Origin: an uncultured delta proteobacterium
GTDB lineage: Bacteria; Myxococcota_A; Polyangia; Polyangiales; Polyangiaceae
Direction: 5' to 3'
Length of the DNA: 64,000 nt
Assembly: GCA_963806225.1 (NCBI GenBank)
Contig: CAWDXG010000004.1
Coordinates: 1,376,001 to 1,440,000 of the forward strand
The first letter of the stretch is position 1. Each line of letters begins with the position of its first letter. Shown here piece by piece: positions 1 through 10,329 of this stretch. Both the position numbers and the translations under genes were made by a program. The notes beneath the pieces were generated by a model, which did no database searches, was not told where the DNA came from, and worked only from the letters and a program-made list of their open reading frames with translations.

Positions 1-2182
1 GCTCGCTCGGATCCAGCGCCTCGTAGCCGATGACGGCGCGTACGACCGCCACCTCGGGCGCCTTCGGGTCGAGCTCCTGGATGGCCTTCTTGGCTTCAGC
101 AATGCGGCCGCCGAGCAGCGCTACGCGCGAGGCCAGCACGCGCGCGCCCGGATACACCGCGGCAAACTGCAGCGCTCTGAGCGCGGCCTTGCGCGCGAGT
201 TTCTCGTTGCCCGCCTGGATCGCGAGGAAGCCCAGGCGCGTCGCCACCGCCGGGCTCTCGCTCAGACCGATGCCCTTTCCGATGGCCTTGTTCGCCAGCT
301 CGCGCTCGCCGGACTGGATCGCCTGCAGGCCATCGACCATGTACGGCACGGGCGTGAGCGGCTGCGGCAGTTGCTTCTTCTCGTCGTCCGTGAGCTGCGC
401 GTCTGCGGGCAGCTCTTTGGGGCGGGTGGGATCGACCGCCCACTCTAGCGCCCTGAGCGCCTTGGTGGACGGACGATTGCCGATCTGCTTTTGTAGCGCA
501 TCCACCAGCGGCTTGCCTTTTTCGGCGCCGCCTTCGAGGAGCACCAGGCGCGCCAGCAGCACTTTGGCGACTACCAGCTTCGGATCGCGATCGCGCGCCG
601 CCTGGTAGCGCTCGATCGCGCGCTGATCTCCCGCGCGCTCCAGCGCCGCACCCGCCAGAAGCTGGTAGAGCGCGTTGTCGCCCGCCTTCTTGTCCCACTT
701 CGGCAAGAGCGCGGCGGCGCCCGCGAGATCCCCATCGGCGAGGAAGGAAGCGATCCGGGCGTACGCGAGGTCCTTCTCGGGGACGTTGACCTTGCGCGCG
801 CGATGGATCGCCGAGTCCACGCCCTGCTGCGGGCCGGGCAGGAGCAAGAGGCCGAACACCCGGTTTTCCAGCCACAGGCGCGCGGCACGCTGGCTGCGCG
901 AGTCGAGCTCGAAGACCCGCTTCAGCTTGTCGTCCGTGGTGCGCAGCTGCTCCACGCGTCCGCTCTCGAGCATGTTGGCGATCTGCTTGTCGAGGCGCGC
1001 CGCGAGCTCGGCGCGCTCGCGCTTGACCTTGCGGGCGTAGAAGTACGCTCCCGTGCCGGCGCCGGCGAGTAGCGCGGTCGCCAGCACGAACACCCAGCTG
1101 CCGCGCGTCCTGGGCGATGATGCCTTCTCCCAGGCGGGCGGCGCTCCGCCACCCGGCTCGTACACCCCAACGCGAGCCAGATGCTGCAGGATCAGCTTGG
1201 GCTCCGGGTTGGGAGAGTCGTAGACGTGCGTCGCCGTGTCGTCCTCGGCGTAGGGCTCCGCCGCCGGCAAGGTTGGCGCTGGCGCGACCTGCGCCTCGAT
1301 GCCGCCCAGCGGAGTCTTCGGCGACAGCACCGGCTCGGGCGGGGGCACCGGAGCGGGCGCGGGTTCGCTCGGCACGGACTGGAACGGAGCCGGCTGTTCC
1401 GCTTCCGCCACGAGCGCCTGCGCGGCCGCGCCGGACGACGACGCCCAGGGCGGCAGCGGCGGCGGTACCGACTTCGGCTGCCTCGACGACGGCGCCTCCG
1501 CGGATCGCGGTGGCGGCACCGAGCGCGGGCTCGCCGCGACGGGTGCCGGCGCCCGCCGCACGGGCGCTGGCGCGGCGGGCGCGCGCGGGACAACGGGGGC
1601 CGAGTTCGGCACGGCTCCCGGCGGCAGCGGCGTGCCCGCCGGACGCGGCATGGTCGGCGGCTCGTCGTTGTGCCAGTGCTGCGCGACCGGCGGGCTCCCC
1701 GGGGGTGCCGGGAGGGACGGCGTCTGCGGCAGGCTGCGGGCCACCTCGCCGGCCACCGCCTCCGGCCCGACCCGCTTCTGCAACGCTGCGTACACGACGG
1801 CGCGGTCATGCCACAGGCGCGTCTCGTCATCGCCCTGCCCGAGCTGCATGCTCCGGGCCAGGACCTTCTCCGCGCGGATCGCATCACCACGCCTGAGCAG
1901 CACTTCCCCCAGGAAACGGAACGCGCGCCAGTCGCGGGCGTTGCCCTTGCCCGACGTCACCAGCGCAGCCTGCGCCTCCGCCAGCAGGCCCGCGTCGAGG
2001 TACATGCGTCCGACGGCGAGCATCACCTCGGCGTCGTTCAGGTGCCAGGCTTCGGCGCTGGTCCCCACCTCCCGGATGAGCTCCTCACGCCCGGAGTTGC
2101 CGAGGTACGAGCACAGGGCCAGCGTGGACTCGGCGTCGGGATTTGCACGCCACGAGGCGAGCAGCTCGTCGAGTGCGCTCAT
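1..2182 (-). CDS. TPR-like protein with Pro-rich linker and single TM helix (partial, runs off window start)
   Basis: Not in ORF track. Manual translation from ATG 2182: [20 protein letters not shown]..., helical repeats, Pro-rich linker, TM segment [21 protein letters not shown]; open to position 1. Confidence 0.75.
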   Translation of the reverse strand, partial: MSALDELLASWRANPDAESTLALCSYLGNSGREELIREVGTSAEAWHLNDAEVMLAVGRMYLDAGLLAEAQAALVTSGKGNARDWRAFRFLGEVLLRRGDAIRAEKVLARSMQLGQGDDETRLWHDRAVVYAALQKRVGPEAVAGEVARSLPQTPSLPAPPGSPPVAQHWHNDEPPTMPRPAGTPLPPGAVPNSAPVVPRAPAAPAPVRRAPAPVAASPRSVPPPRSAEAPSSRQPKSVPPPLPPWASSSGAAAQALVAEAEQPAPFQSVPSEPAPAPVPPPEPVLSPKTPLGGIEAQVAPAPTLPAAEPYAEDDTATHVYDSPNPEPKLILQHLARVGVYEPGGGAPPAWEKASSPRTRGSWVFVLATALLAGAGTGAYFYARKVKRERAELAARLDKQIANMLESGRVEQLRTTDDKLKRVFELDSRSQRAARLWLENRVFGLLLLPGPQQGVDSAIHRARKVNVPEKDLAYARIASFLADGDLAGAAALLPKWDKKAGDNALYQLLAGAALERAGDQRAIERYQAARDRDPKLVVAKVLLARLVLLEGGAEKGKPLVDALQKQIGNRPSTKALRALEWAVDPTRPKELPADAQLTDDEKKQLPQPLTPVPYMVDGLQAIQSGERELANKAIGKGIGLSESPAVATRLGFLAIQAGNEKLARKAALRALQFAAVYPGARVLASRVALLGGRIAEAKKAIQELDPKAPEVAVVRAVIGYEALDPSE

Positions 2183-2351
2183 CGGTGCGACAGAATACCC
2201 AGCTCGGGGTGGAAACTGTAGGAGTCTTTCATGCTTACGTCGTCCGGACACCAGGCCGGACATAGACAGCCCGGGCAACGGGCGCTGGCGCGGCGGCCTG
2301 CGAGCAGGCAAAGTGCGCGGCGTCCGGCCTCCGTGGCCGGCGCTCTGCCAC

Positions 2352-3794
2352 ATGTGCGGCGTTTTCGGAATCCACGGTCATCCCGAGGCAGCCAACCTCA
2401 CCTACCTCGGGCTGCACGCGCTGCAGCATCGCGGTCAGGAGAGCGCAGGCATCGTCACCAGCGACGGACAGCAGCTGAGCCTGCACCGCGGCATGGGGCA
2501 CGTCATCGACGTGTTCTCCCCGGAGCAGCTCGACAAGCTCAACGGCCACAACGCCATCGGCCACGTGCGCTACTCGACGGCGGGCGGCTCGTTCCTCAAG
2601 AATGCCCAGCCTATCGGCGTCGACTACTCGCGGGGCTCGATCGCGGTCGCGCACAACGGCAACCTGACCAACGCCGAGGCGATGCGCGAGAAGCTCGAGG
2701 CGCGCGGCTCGATCTTCCAGAGCATCAGCGACACCGAGGTGATCGTTCATCTGGTGGCGATGAGCAGGCAGCGCGCGGTGGAGGATCGCATCGCCGACGC
2801 GCTCTCGCAGGTCGAGGGGGCGTACTCGCTGCTCTGCCTCACCGAGCGGACGATGATCGCCGTGCGCGATCCGATGGGGATCCGCCCGCTGTGCCTCGGC
2901 AAGACGCGCGGCAAGAGCGACGCCTGGGTGGTGTCGAGCGAGCCGACCAGCTTCGACCTGATCGACGCGGAGTACGAGCGCGACGTGGAGCCGGGGGAGA
3001 TGATCGTGTTCGACGAGCGCGGGATGCGCAGCCTGCGTCCGTTCAAGGACAAGCCGCGGCACATGTGCATCTTCGAGTACGTGTACTTCGCGCGGCCCGA
3101 TTCGACCATCGACGGCATCAGCGTGTACGAAGCGAGGAAAAGCCTCGGCCGCGCGCTGGCCGTGGAGCACGGCGTCGAGGCGGACGTGGTGATCCCGGTG
3201 CCCGACTCCGGCGTGCCGGCCACCATCGGCTACGCGGAGCAGTCGGGCATGCCGTTCGAGATGGGGCTGGTGCGCAGCCACTACGTCGGACGCACCTTTA
3301 TCGAGCCGCAGCAGAGCATCCGCCACTTCGGGGTGCGCCTGAAGCTGAACCCGGTGAGCGACACGCTGCGCGGCAAGCGCGTGGTGGTGGTGGACGACAG
3401 CATCGTGCGCGGCACGACGAGCCGCAAGATCGTCAAGATGCTGCGCGACGCCGGAGCACGCGAGGTGCACTTGCGCATCTCGAGCCCGCCGACGCGCTGG
3501 CCCTGCTACTACGGCATCGACACGCCGACGCGCAGCGAGCTGATCGCCTCGAGCCACAACGTCCAGGAGATCAACGACTACGTCACGAGCGACTCGCTGG
3601 CGTACCTTTCGCTGGACAAGATGGTGGACGCGGTGACGCGGGCGCGAGTGACGCCGCCGGGCAAGCACTCACTGCCGATGGCGGAGAAGCCAGCGGCGGG
3701 CAATTCGTTCTGCCACGCGTGCTGGAGCGGCGACTATCCGATCGAGTTCACGCCGCACCCGCGGCAGCGGCAGACGCGGCTGCTCGACACGTAG
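2352..3794 (+). CDS. purF: Amidophosphoribosyltransferase
   Basis: MCGVFG Ntn start, [32 protein letters not shown] motif, Fe-S cysteines (CIFE, PCYYG, CHAC). Confidence 0.97.
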   Translation: MCGVFGIHGHPEAANLTYLGLHALQHRGQESAGIVTSDGQQLSLHRGMGHVIDVFSPEQLDKLNGHNAIGHVRYSTAGGSFLKNAQPIGVDYSRGSIAVAHNGNLTNAEAMREKLEARGSIFQSISDTEVIVHLVAMSRQRAVEDRIADALSQVEGAYSLLCLTERTMIAVRDPMGIRPLCLGKTRGKSDAWVVSSEPTSFDLIDAEYERDVEPGEMIVFDERGMRSLRPFKDKPRHMCIFEYVYFARPDSTIDGISVYEARKSLGRALAVEHGVEADVVIPVPDSGVPATIGYAEQSGMPFEMGLVRSHYVGRTFIEPQQSIRHFGVRLKLNPVSDTLRGKRVVVVDDSIVRGTTSRKIVKMLRDAGAREVHLRISSPPTRWPCYYGIDTPTRSELIASSHNVQEINDYVTSDSLAYLSLDKMVDAVTRARVTPPGKHSLPMAEKPAAGNSFCHACWSGDYPIEFTPHPRQRQTRLLDT

Positions 3795-3913
3795 TCTGGT
3801 TTTGGGGTCCTGACCGCCGGTGGAGCGCGCGAACAAGTCGCTTTCGCCCGCGATTCCGGCACAATTCGCACGCGGGGCGACGTGATCTAGACTAGAGGTA
3901 GCTAGACGAGCCC

Positions 3914-4828
3914 ATGCTGGAACATCTCCCCGACCGCGTCTCGGTGTACGAGGTCTCGCCCCGCGACGGCCTGCAGAACGAAGCCGCTCCAATCCCGCTC
4001 GACGGCAAGAAGCACCTGATCGAAGCGCTGATCCGCTCCGGTCTCACACGCATCGAGCTGACCAGCTTCGTCTCCCCGCGCTGGGTGCCACAGCTGGCCG
4101 ATGCGGACGAGCTGGTGCGCGACGTGAGGGCGCCCGAGGGTGTGACGCTCAGCGCCCTGTGTCCGAACGCCAAGGGCTTCGAACGCGCGAAAGCCGCGGG
4201 GCTCGCCGAGATCGCCGTCTTCATGTCGGCGAGCGAGACCCACAACAGGAAGAACACGAACAAGAGCATCGACCAGTCGCTCAGCGTATTCAGCGAGGTC
4301 GTGCCGCCTGCGCTGGACGCGGGGATGCGCGTGCGCGCGTACGTCTCGACGGTGTGGGGTTGCCCGTACGAAGGCGAGGTGGATCCAGAGCGGGCGCTCG
4401 ACATCTCGAAGCGGCTGCTCGACCTCGGCTGCTACCAGGTGTCGCTGGGCGACACCATCGGCGTCGGCACGCCGCTGCAGACCCGGCGCATCTGCCGGCT
4501 GTTCCTCGACGCCGTACCGGCGGAGAAGCTCGCGCTCCATTTCCACGACACGCGCGGCACGGCGCTTGCGAACGCTCTGGTCGGCGTCGAGATGGGCTTC
4601 CGCGACTTCGACGCCTCCGTCGCCGGCCTGGGCGGCTGCCCCTACGCTCCCGGTGCCGCCGGCAACCTCGCCACCGAGGATCTCGTGTACATGCTGCACG
4701 GCATGGGCATCGAGACCGGCATCGATCTGGAGAAGCTGATCGAAGCCGGCCGCGTCGCCGAGTCCGTCATCGGCCGCCGCCTGCCCGGCAAGGTGCACCA
4801 GGCGGGGTTGAGCCGGAAGCGCAGCTAG
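3914..4828 (+). CDS. Hydroxymethylglutaryl-CoA lyase
   Basis: EVSPRDGLQNE, HFHDTRG, GLGGCPYAPGAAGN motifs. Confidence 0.93.
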   Translation: MLEHLPDRVSVYEVSPRDGLQNEAAPIPLDGKKHLIEALIRSGLTRIELTSFVSPRWVPQLADADELVRDVRAPEGVTLSALCPNAKGFERAKAAGLAEIAVFMSASETHNRKNTNKSIDQSLSVFSEVVPPALDAGMRVRAYVSTVWGCPYEGEVDPERALDISKRLLDLGCYQVSLGDTIGVGTPLQTRRICRLFLDAVPAEKLALHFHDTRGTALANALVGVEMGFRDFDASVAGLGGCPYAPGAAGNLATEDLVYMLHGMGIETGIDLEKLIEAGRVAESVIGRRLPGKVHQAGLSRKRS

Positions 4829-4840
4829 CGCTCGCGGGCG

Positions 4841-6403
4841 CTACGGCGTCGCGCCGGCCTTGCACACGAGGCGCGTGAAGTACGTCTGCCAGTTGCCCGA
4901 GCGGTCGTCGTCGAACAGAACGCCCACGTCGCCGTTCGGTCCGAACGCGGCGATCGGGTCGAGCGTGTCACTCGCGCTCTTGGTGATGCGGGCGCGCGGC
5001 GCGAGCTCCTTGAGGTCGGGCGAGAGCATCTTGCTGTAAAGCTCGTAGTTGCCGTCGTGGTCGTCGGCCCAGACGAGCAGCAACCGGTCGCCCAGCGCCA
5101 ACACGTCGACCGTCCGCGCGTGCTTCGCGCCCTTCGTCAGGCGCGTCTCCGGTGTCACGATGTTGCCGTTCTCGTCGACCGTAGCGCCCCAGATCGAGTT
5201 TCCGGGCACCGTCGTGCGCTTGGAGAACACAACCACGTAGCGGTCACCGTTGTAGACGATGGCCGGGCCGGTGCCGTTGTCCGTCGAGACCTGGATCAGG
5301 CTGCCTGGCGACGAGAAGTCGGGGCCAAACAGGCGGAAGCCCACCTGCTGGTTCGTAGCGTCGCCCATGTTGAAGGCCAGCCCGAGCTTCTTCGTGCCTT
5401 CGGCGAGCTTCGAGGACTCGCCGAACCAGACGGGATTGGTGAGCTCGACGTTGCCGCCCAGCTTGTCGCCGTCCACGCTGATGCGCTGGCCGTAGATGGT
5501 CCAGCCGCCCGCGCGCTGGTCGGTCCAGGTGACGAGGAACTCGGTGCCGTTCCAGACCAGAGCGGGCTCCAGCGAGAAGCCGCCTGCCGAGGTGATGCGT
5601 AGGTCGGGCGCGAGCTTCTGACCGTCCTTGTCCAGACGGTTGAAGTAGATCTCGTAGTCGTTGTTGCGACGATCTTCCCAGACCGTACCGAAGATCGCGC
5701 CGGTCCACACGATGGGTCCGGTGAAGGTGTCGTTGTTGACCTTGGTGATGGAGGTCTCGTCGATGGAGGTCTGGCCCGTGTCGGTGAGGCCCTTGAAGTA
5801 GTTCTTCCAGTGCGCCTCCTGGGCGCTGTAGGTGACGGCGTAGATGTTGCCGTTGAAGGCGACGCCGCCTCCCCCGGCCTGCTTGTGCGGACCCGAGACG
5901 CGCACGTCGCCCGTTCCGGACGGCACGTACGTCATGTTGTCGTCGATGATGCCGTTGCAGTCGTTGTCGACGCCGTCGCAGATCTCGATTCCGCCGGGAT
6001 GGGCGTTCGGGTTCGTGTCGTCACAGTCGTCGCCGCAGGACCCGGGCGCGCCGGGTGCGTAGCCGGGACGCGGCCCCTTGTAGCCGTCACCGTCCTGGTC
6101 GAGCGCCAAATCGCGATGCTTGCACTTGCCCGTGGCCGGCGTGCAGGTGTCCTCGGTGCAGGGGTCGTGATCGTCGCAGTCCACAGCCACGGCGGGCATG
6201 CACACGCCCTCGACGCAGCTGCTCGTGGAGCACTGATCGGCGGTCGGGCAGTCCTCGTCCGTGATGCACTCGGCGAGCTGCACGTCGCTCGGCGCGTCTT
6301 CGACGCCCGCATCCGGCGGCGGCTCGTGAAGACCCGTCCGCGCGCCGCAGCCGGTGAGCCATAGCGGGGCCGCGACGGCCAGAACCCGGAGCCAGGAGCG
6401 CAT
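4841..6403 (-). CDS. Cys-rich lipoprotein with putative metal-binding motif (MopE-like repeat) and beta-rich C-terminal domain
   Basis: Lipobox LTGC; DCDDTNPNAHPGGIEICDGVDNDCNG motif; ATG overlaps upstream stop (TGATG). Confidence 0.8.
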   Translation of the reverse strand: MRSWLRVLAVAAPLWLTGCGARTGLHEPPPDAGVEDAPSDVQLAECITDEDCPTADQCSTSSCVEGVCMPAVAVDCDDHDPCTEDTCTPATGKCKHRDLALDQDGDGYKGPRPGYAPGAPGSCGDDCDDTNPNAHPGGIEICDGVDNDCNGIIDDNMTYVPSGTGDVRVSGPHKQAGGGGVAFNGNIYAVTYSAQEAHWKNYFKGLTDTGQTSIDETSITKVNNDTFTGPIVWTGAIFGTVWEDRRNNDYEIYFNRLDKDGQKLAPDLRITSAGGFSLEPALVWNGTEFLVTWTDQRAGGWTIYGQRISVDGDKLGGNVELTNPVWFGESSKLAEGTKKLGLAFNMGDATNQQVGFRLFGPDFSSPGSLIQVSTDNGTGPAIVYNGDRYVVVFSKRTTVPGNSIWGATVDENGNIVTPETRLTKGAKHARTVDVLALGDRLLLVWADDHDGNYELYSKMLSPDLKELAPRARITKSASDTLDPIAAFGPNGDVGVLFDDDRSGNWQTYFTRLVCKAGATP

Positions 6404-6966
6404 CAGTCGCATCCGCCGTATCCGTTGGAATCGATGGGCACACACACGAGCCCGGATGGGCAATCCTTCGCGCCGCCCAGGTGACACAGCTGCACGCACT
6501 GGTCGCCGGCGCCGGTTACGACGCACACGAACCCGGCCGCACAGTCGCCGCCGCCGCAGGGGTCACCCTGGTGGCCGATGCCCACGGCCCGGCACACGGT
6601 ACCGTACAGCTCCTGCTGGCACGGCCCCGACGGATACTGCACGAACGGGTAACAGCCCTCGCCGCCCGGGCAGGTCGTCGGCTTGGCGAACAGATCGCAC
6701 TCCTCCGTGACCGGCGGTGGCGCAGCGTCCGGGCAGCCCGGGTCGTAGTAGTCGGACTCCACGTCCCAGGGCGCATCCGGGCCGGAGTCGGGCCCGGAGT
6801 CCGGGTGTGCGTCGGGTCCCCCGTCGGGATGCACGATGACACCGCCCGTGCCGCCGCCTCCGCCGATGCCGCCGCTGCCGCCCGCCCAGGCCGTCCCGCC
6901 CTCGACGCTGCCGCCGCAACCCACGAAAAGGAGCGCTACCAGAAGGAAAGACCCCCGGTAAGTCAT
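6403..6966 (-). CDS. Cys-rich myxobacterial-type lipoprotein
   Basis: MTYRGSFLLVALLFVGC lipobox, Gly-rich linker, multiple Cys in C-terminal half. Confidence 0.75.
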   Translation of the reverse strand: MTYRGSFLLVALLFVGCGGSVEGGTAWAGGSGGIGGGGGTGGVIVHPDGGPDAHPDSGPDSGPDAPWDVESDYYDPGCPDAAPPPVTEECDLFAKPTTCPGGEGCYPFVQYPSGPCQQELYGTVCRAVGIGHQGDPCGGGDCAAGFVCVVTGAGDQCVQLCHLGGAKDCPSGLVCVPIDSNGYGGCD

Positions 6967-7064
6967 GATGGCAGCAGCATAGCGGACGGCGGACCCGGAG
7001 CGCACGCGCGACGTGGCCCGGACTTCGGGCGAGGCGATCCCCGGAAGCAGCATGCCCGCTGCAA

Positions 7065-7080
7065 TGCAGGCTGCGTGCCA
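7065..7080 (-). promoter_or_regulatory. Candidate sigma54 (-24/-12) promoter
   Basis: TGGCACGCAGCCTGCA on minus strand (GG-N10-GC) about 100 bp upstream of the lipoprotein pair. Confidence 0.5.
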
Positions 7081-7238
7081 CGCGGACGGCCCGGAAATCC
7101 CGGGGGGAAAGCGGTATCGTGAAGAAGCTGACGGAGCGCGTGTGACACGACCGTCAGTGCAGAGGCACGGGTGTGCCAGGAGCTCACGTCCTCCAGACTC
7201 CGGTTGCCGACCGCGCCCGGGGCAGGTAGAGGGCCCGG

Positions 7239-7877
7239 ATGCGCGGAACCCTCGTGCTCCTTGTCGCTCCATTGCTCCTGGGCGCGGCCTGCGGCCGTAC
7301 GGAAAAGCCCCGCGCGACGCCTTCGACGGCCGCCCGCGGGCACGCTAGCGCAGCCACGGCCGCTCCCGCCCCCGCGGCGCGCGCCGCGAGCGCAAAGGCC
7401 AGCGCCGCCAAGCCCGCCTGCATCGTACCCACGCCCGAGCAGTCACCGCCGGTAGCCCACCCAGCCAAGGACTGCCCGCCGGATCCCCTCGCGTCTCCGC
7501 CCGGGCTTCCGCACGGCTACGTCGACTTCGTGGATGCACCGGGCAAGCCGCGCGCAGCGGTCGAGCTGGCGCGCACGCCGGACTCGCGCGAGCGCGGGCT
7601 GATGTACCGGACGCATATGCCCGATGACCAGGGCATGCTGTTTTCCTGGAACAACGACAAGATCCGCCGGTTCTGGATGCACAACACGTGCATCCCGCTC
7701 GACATGCTGTTCATCGCCCGCGACGGCACCATCGCCGGGATCCTGGAACAGGTGCCGACGCTCAACGACGACGAGCGCAGCGTGCCCTGCCTCGCGGCGC
7801 ACGTGCTGGAGCTCAACGCCGGTTGGGCGCGTTCGCACGGAGTGAAAGCCGGCCAGAAGGTCGAGATCGAGCCCTGA
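7239..7877 (+). CDS. DUF192-family lipoprotein
   Basis: RERGLMYR, GMLF, FWMHNTCIPLDMLF, VLELNAG motifs; lipobox. Confidence 0.9.
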   Translation: MRGTLVLLVAPLLLGAACGRTEKPRATPSTAARGHASAATAAPAPAARAASAKASAAKPACIVPTPEQSPPVAHPAKDCPPDPLASPPGLPHGYVDFVDAPGKPRAAVELARTPDSRERGLMYRTHMPDDQGMLFSWNNDKIRRFWMHNTCIPLDMLFIARDGTIAGILEQVPTLNDDERSVPCLAAHVLELNAGWARSHGVKAGQKVEIEP

Positions 7878-7896
7878 CCCCCGAGAAGGAAACGTA

Positions 7897-8772
7897 ATGA
7901 CCCTTTCGAGCACGCTTCGACTGTCCCTGGGCACCGCCGCGCTGCTGGCGCTTGCCGCCTGCCAGAAAGCGCCCCCCGAGCCGATCCGCGCGGAGTCCAC
8001 ATCGACCGGCGCCGCGCCGAAAGCGACGCCTGCCAAGACAGACCTCGGCCTCGTGAAGTCGGGCAGCTCGAAGAACGGCAGGCTGGACGGGGAGCAGAAG
8101 ACCAGCGGCAAGCTCGCCAAGTCGCTGCCGCACGAGGACAAGGCCGGGAAGGACGACGGGAACGAACAGGCCCCGAAGGTCGCCAAGGTGCCGGTGAGCC
8201 CCGACGACCCGCTGCATGGCAAATTCTCGTTGGCCCAGGCCACGAAGGGGCTGAAGGGCAAGGGCCAGCTGCTCGCCGACATCGTCACGGACCAGGGCAA
8301 GCTGACGTGCCAGCTGTACGACAAGCGCGCGCCCATCACGGTCGCCAACTTCATCGGTCTGGCACGCGGCATCCGCCCCTGGAAGAATCCGGACGGCAAG
8401 TGGGTGAAGAAGCCGGCCTACGACGGCACCACGTTCCACCGCATCATCAAGGGCTTCATGATCCAGGGCGGCGATGCCGCCGGCAACGGCACCGGCGAGC
8501 CCGGCTACGTCATCCCCGACGAGATCTGGCAGGGAGCCACGCACGACACCGAGGGGCAGCTGTGCATGGCGAACCGCGGGCCGAACACCAACGGAGCGCA
8601 GTTCTTCATCATGGACGGCACGGCCAAGCACCTGGACGGGGGATACACGATCTTCGGCATGTGCAAGCCCGACAAGGTCATCGACGCGCTGGCCAGCGTG
8701 CCCGTGCAAGGCGACCGCGCGGTCACCCCACCCGCGATCAAGAAGGTCGTGATCCGCCACGGCAGCAGGTAG
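7897..8772 (+). CDS. Cyclophilin-type peptidyl-prolyl isomerase (lipoprotein)
   Basis: APITVANF, FHRIIKGFMIQGGD, MANRGPNTNGAQFFI. Confidence 0.93.
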   Translation: MTLSSTLRLSLGTAALLALAACQKAPPEPIRAESTSTGAAPKATPAKTDLGLVKSGSSKNGRLDGEQKTSGKLAKSLPHEDKAGKDDGNEQAPKVAKVPVSPDDPLHGKFSLAQATKGLKGKGQLLADIVTDQGKLTCQLYDKRAPITVANFIGLARGIRPWKNPDGKWVKKPAYDGTTFHRIIKGFMIQGGDAAGNGTGEPGYVIPDEIWQGATHDTEGQLCMANRGPNTNGAQFFIMDGTAKHLDGGYTIFGMCKPDKVIDALASVPVQGDRAVTPPAIKKVVIRHGSR

Positions 8773-8840
8773 CACCCCGCCGCCGGCGACGAAGTGGTGT
8801 AAGGTCCGGGGCGCTGTCTCGTTTGGCGCTGGGAGGCCTC

Positions 8841-9812
8841 ATGACCCGACTGCACACCGCGGCCCGCCGGCTCTGTGCCGGCCCGACGCCGCTCCAGGTG
8901 TTGACCCTGCTGGCTCTGCTGGCCCTGTCCGGCTGCGGCGGCGGAGCCATGAAGGCGAGTGCGCCCTCTTCACCAGGCTACGCTGGGGAGGCCCGCTATC
9001 GCGCCGAGACCACCGGCGCCGGTGCCGAGGCTCCGATGGAGCCGGAAGCGGCCCCGGAACCGACGCTGACGGGAAGCGCCGAGAGCGCCGACGAGGAGGC
9101 ACTGGACCGTGCGCCCGCCCCGAGGCCGATGGCGCAGGCGGAGCCTCCGCCCCCCCGCGACAGCGGCGGAGCCGCGCCCCCGAAGCGGAACAGCGACGCG
9201 ACAACGCCTCCGCCCGTGCAGCACACGCAACCCGGCGTCGACACCGGTAGCGCCCGGCCGCCCGAAGCCGCGGCCATGGCCTCGCCCCTGCTCATCTACC
9301 GCGCCAATCTGAACATGGCGGTGTTCGAGACCAAGAAGGCGCTCGACCGCACCGAGCAGATCGCTGAAGACGCCGGCGGCTATCTGGTCCGGCGCGACGA
9401 CCGCTCCATCACCGTGCGGGTGCCGGCAGCGCGGTTCCAGGGCGCGCTGGCTTCGATGATGAAGCTGGGCGACGTGCTGCACCGTGCTGTCAGCGTCGAG
9501 GACGTGACCGCCCAGTACCGGGACCTCCAGATCCGTCTCAAGAACGCCGAGGCCGTACGGGACCGGCTGGCAGCGCTCCTGAAGAAGGCGCAGTCGGTCA
9601 AGGACGCGCTCCAGGTGGAACGCGAGCTGGCCCGGGTCACCGACGAGATCGAGAGCATGAAGGGCAAGCTCAAGCTGTTGCACGAGCTGGTCCAGTTCTC
9701 GACTATCACCATCCAGTTCAGCGCGCAGTCGACCGAGCACGTCGATTCGACGGTGAACCTGCCCTTCCCGTGGCTCCGGAACCTGGGGCTCGGAAAGCTG
9801 TTGAGGCTGTAG
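8841..9812 (+). CDS. DUF4349-family lipoprotein
   Basis: GGAGG RBS before ATG 8841, LSGC lipobox, TVRVPA...EDVTAQYRDL coiled-coil pattern. Confidence 0.82.
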   Translation: MTRLHTAARRLCAGPTPLQVLTLLALLALSGCGGGAMKASAPSSPGYAGEARYRAETTGAGAEAPMEPEAAPEPTLTGSAESADEEALDRAPAPRPMAQAEPPPPRDSGGAAPPKRNSDATTPPPVQHTQPGVDTGSARPPEAAAMASPLLIYRANLNMAVFETKKALDRTEQIAEDAGGYLVRRDDRSITVRVPAARFQGALASMMKLGDVLHRAVSVEDVTAQYRDLQIRLKNAEAVRDRLAALLKKAQSVKDALQVERELARVTDEIESMKGKLKLLHELVQFSTITIQFSAQSTEHVDSTVNLPFPWLRNLGLGKLLRL

Positions 9813-9815
9813 GCG

Positions 9816-10295
9816 ATGAGGAGGCTGAAGATGAAGCGAACCATCCTGCTCGTTGTCGCCGCGCTCCTGCTCGCGGCTTGTGGTCACTCCTTCAACGCCG
9901 CGACGCCCAAGGGATTCGTCGAGCTCGAGGACCAGGAGGACCAGGGCTACGACTATCGAGCCACCACGGCGGACGGTCTGGTCATCGCGGTGCGCGAGAT
10001 CGACAACGACCCCGAGGGGCCGATCGAGTTCTGGTCGCGCGCGATCGAGAACTCGATGCGACAGCGCGGCGGCTACGCCCTGCTCGGGCAGCGCGACGTG
10101 AAGAACGTCGACGGCCTGGCCGGCAAGCAGCTGCGCTTCGGACACGACGAGGCCAGCAAGCCCCACCTCTACTACGTCACGTTGTACGTGACTCCCAAGC
10201 GGCTCTACGTGCTCGAAGCCGGTGGCACCAAGCAGCAGATGGAGAGCCACGAAGCGCAGCTGGACTGGTCGTTCAAGAACTTCCGCCTGAAGTAG
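9816..10295 (+). CDS. Hypothetical lipoprotein
   Basis: LLAAC lipobox; follows DUF4349 gene directly; start may be 9831. Confidence 0.75.
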   Translation: MRRLKMKRTILLVVAALLLAACGHSFNAATPKGFVELEDQEDQGYDYRATTADGLVIAVREIDNDPEGPIEFWSRAIENSMRQRGGYALLGQRDVKNVDGLAGKQLRFGHDEASKPHLYYVTLYVTPKRLYVLEAGGTKQQMESHEAQLDWSFKNFRLK

Positions 10296-10329
10296 TCTGG
10301 CGCCGCGCCGCTCTCTTCGAGCGACCGCG

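Noticed and set aside
1299..2351. Long N-terminal extension of purF in the ORF track
   Set aside because: It is antisense to the minus-strand gene, and PurF needs its N-terminal Cys at MCG (2352).
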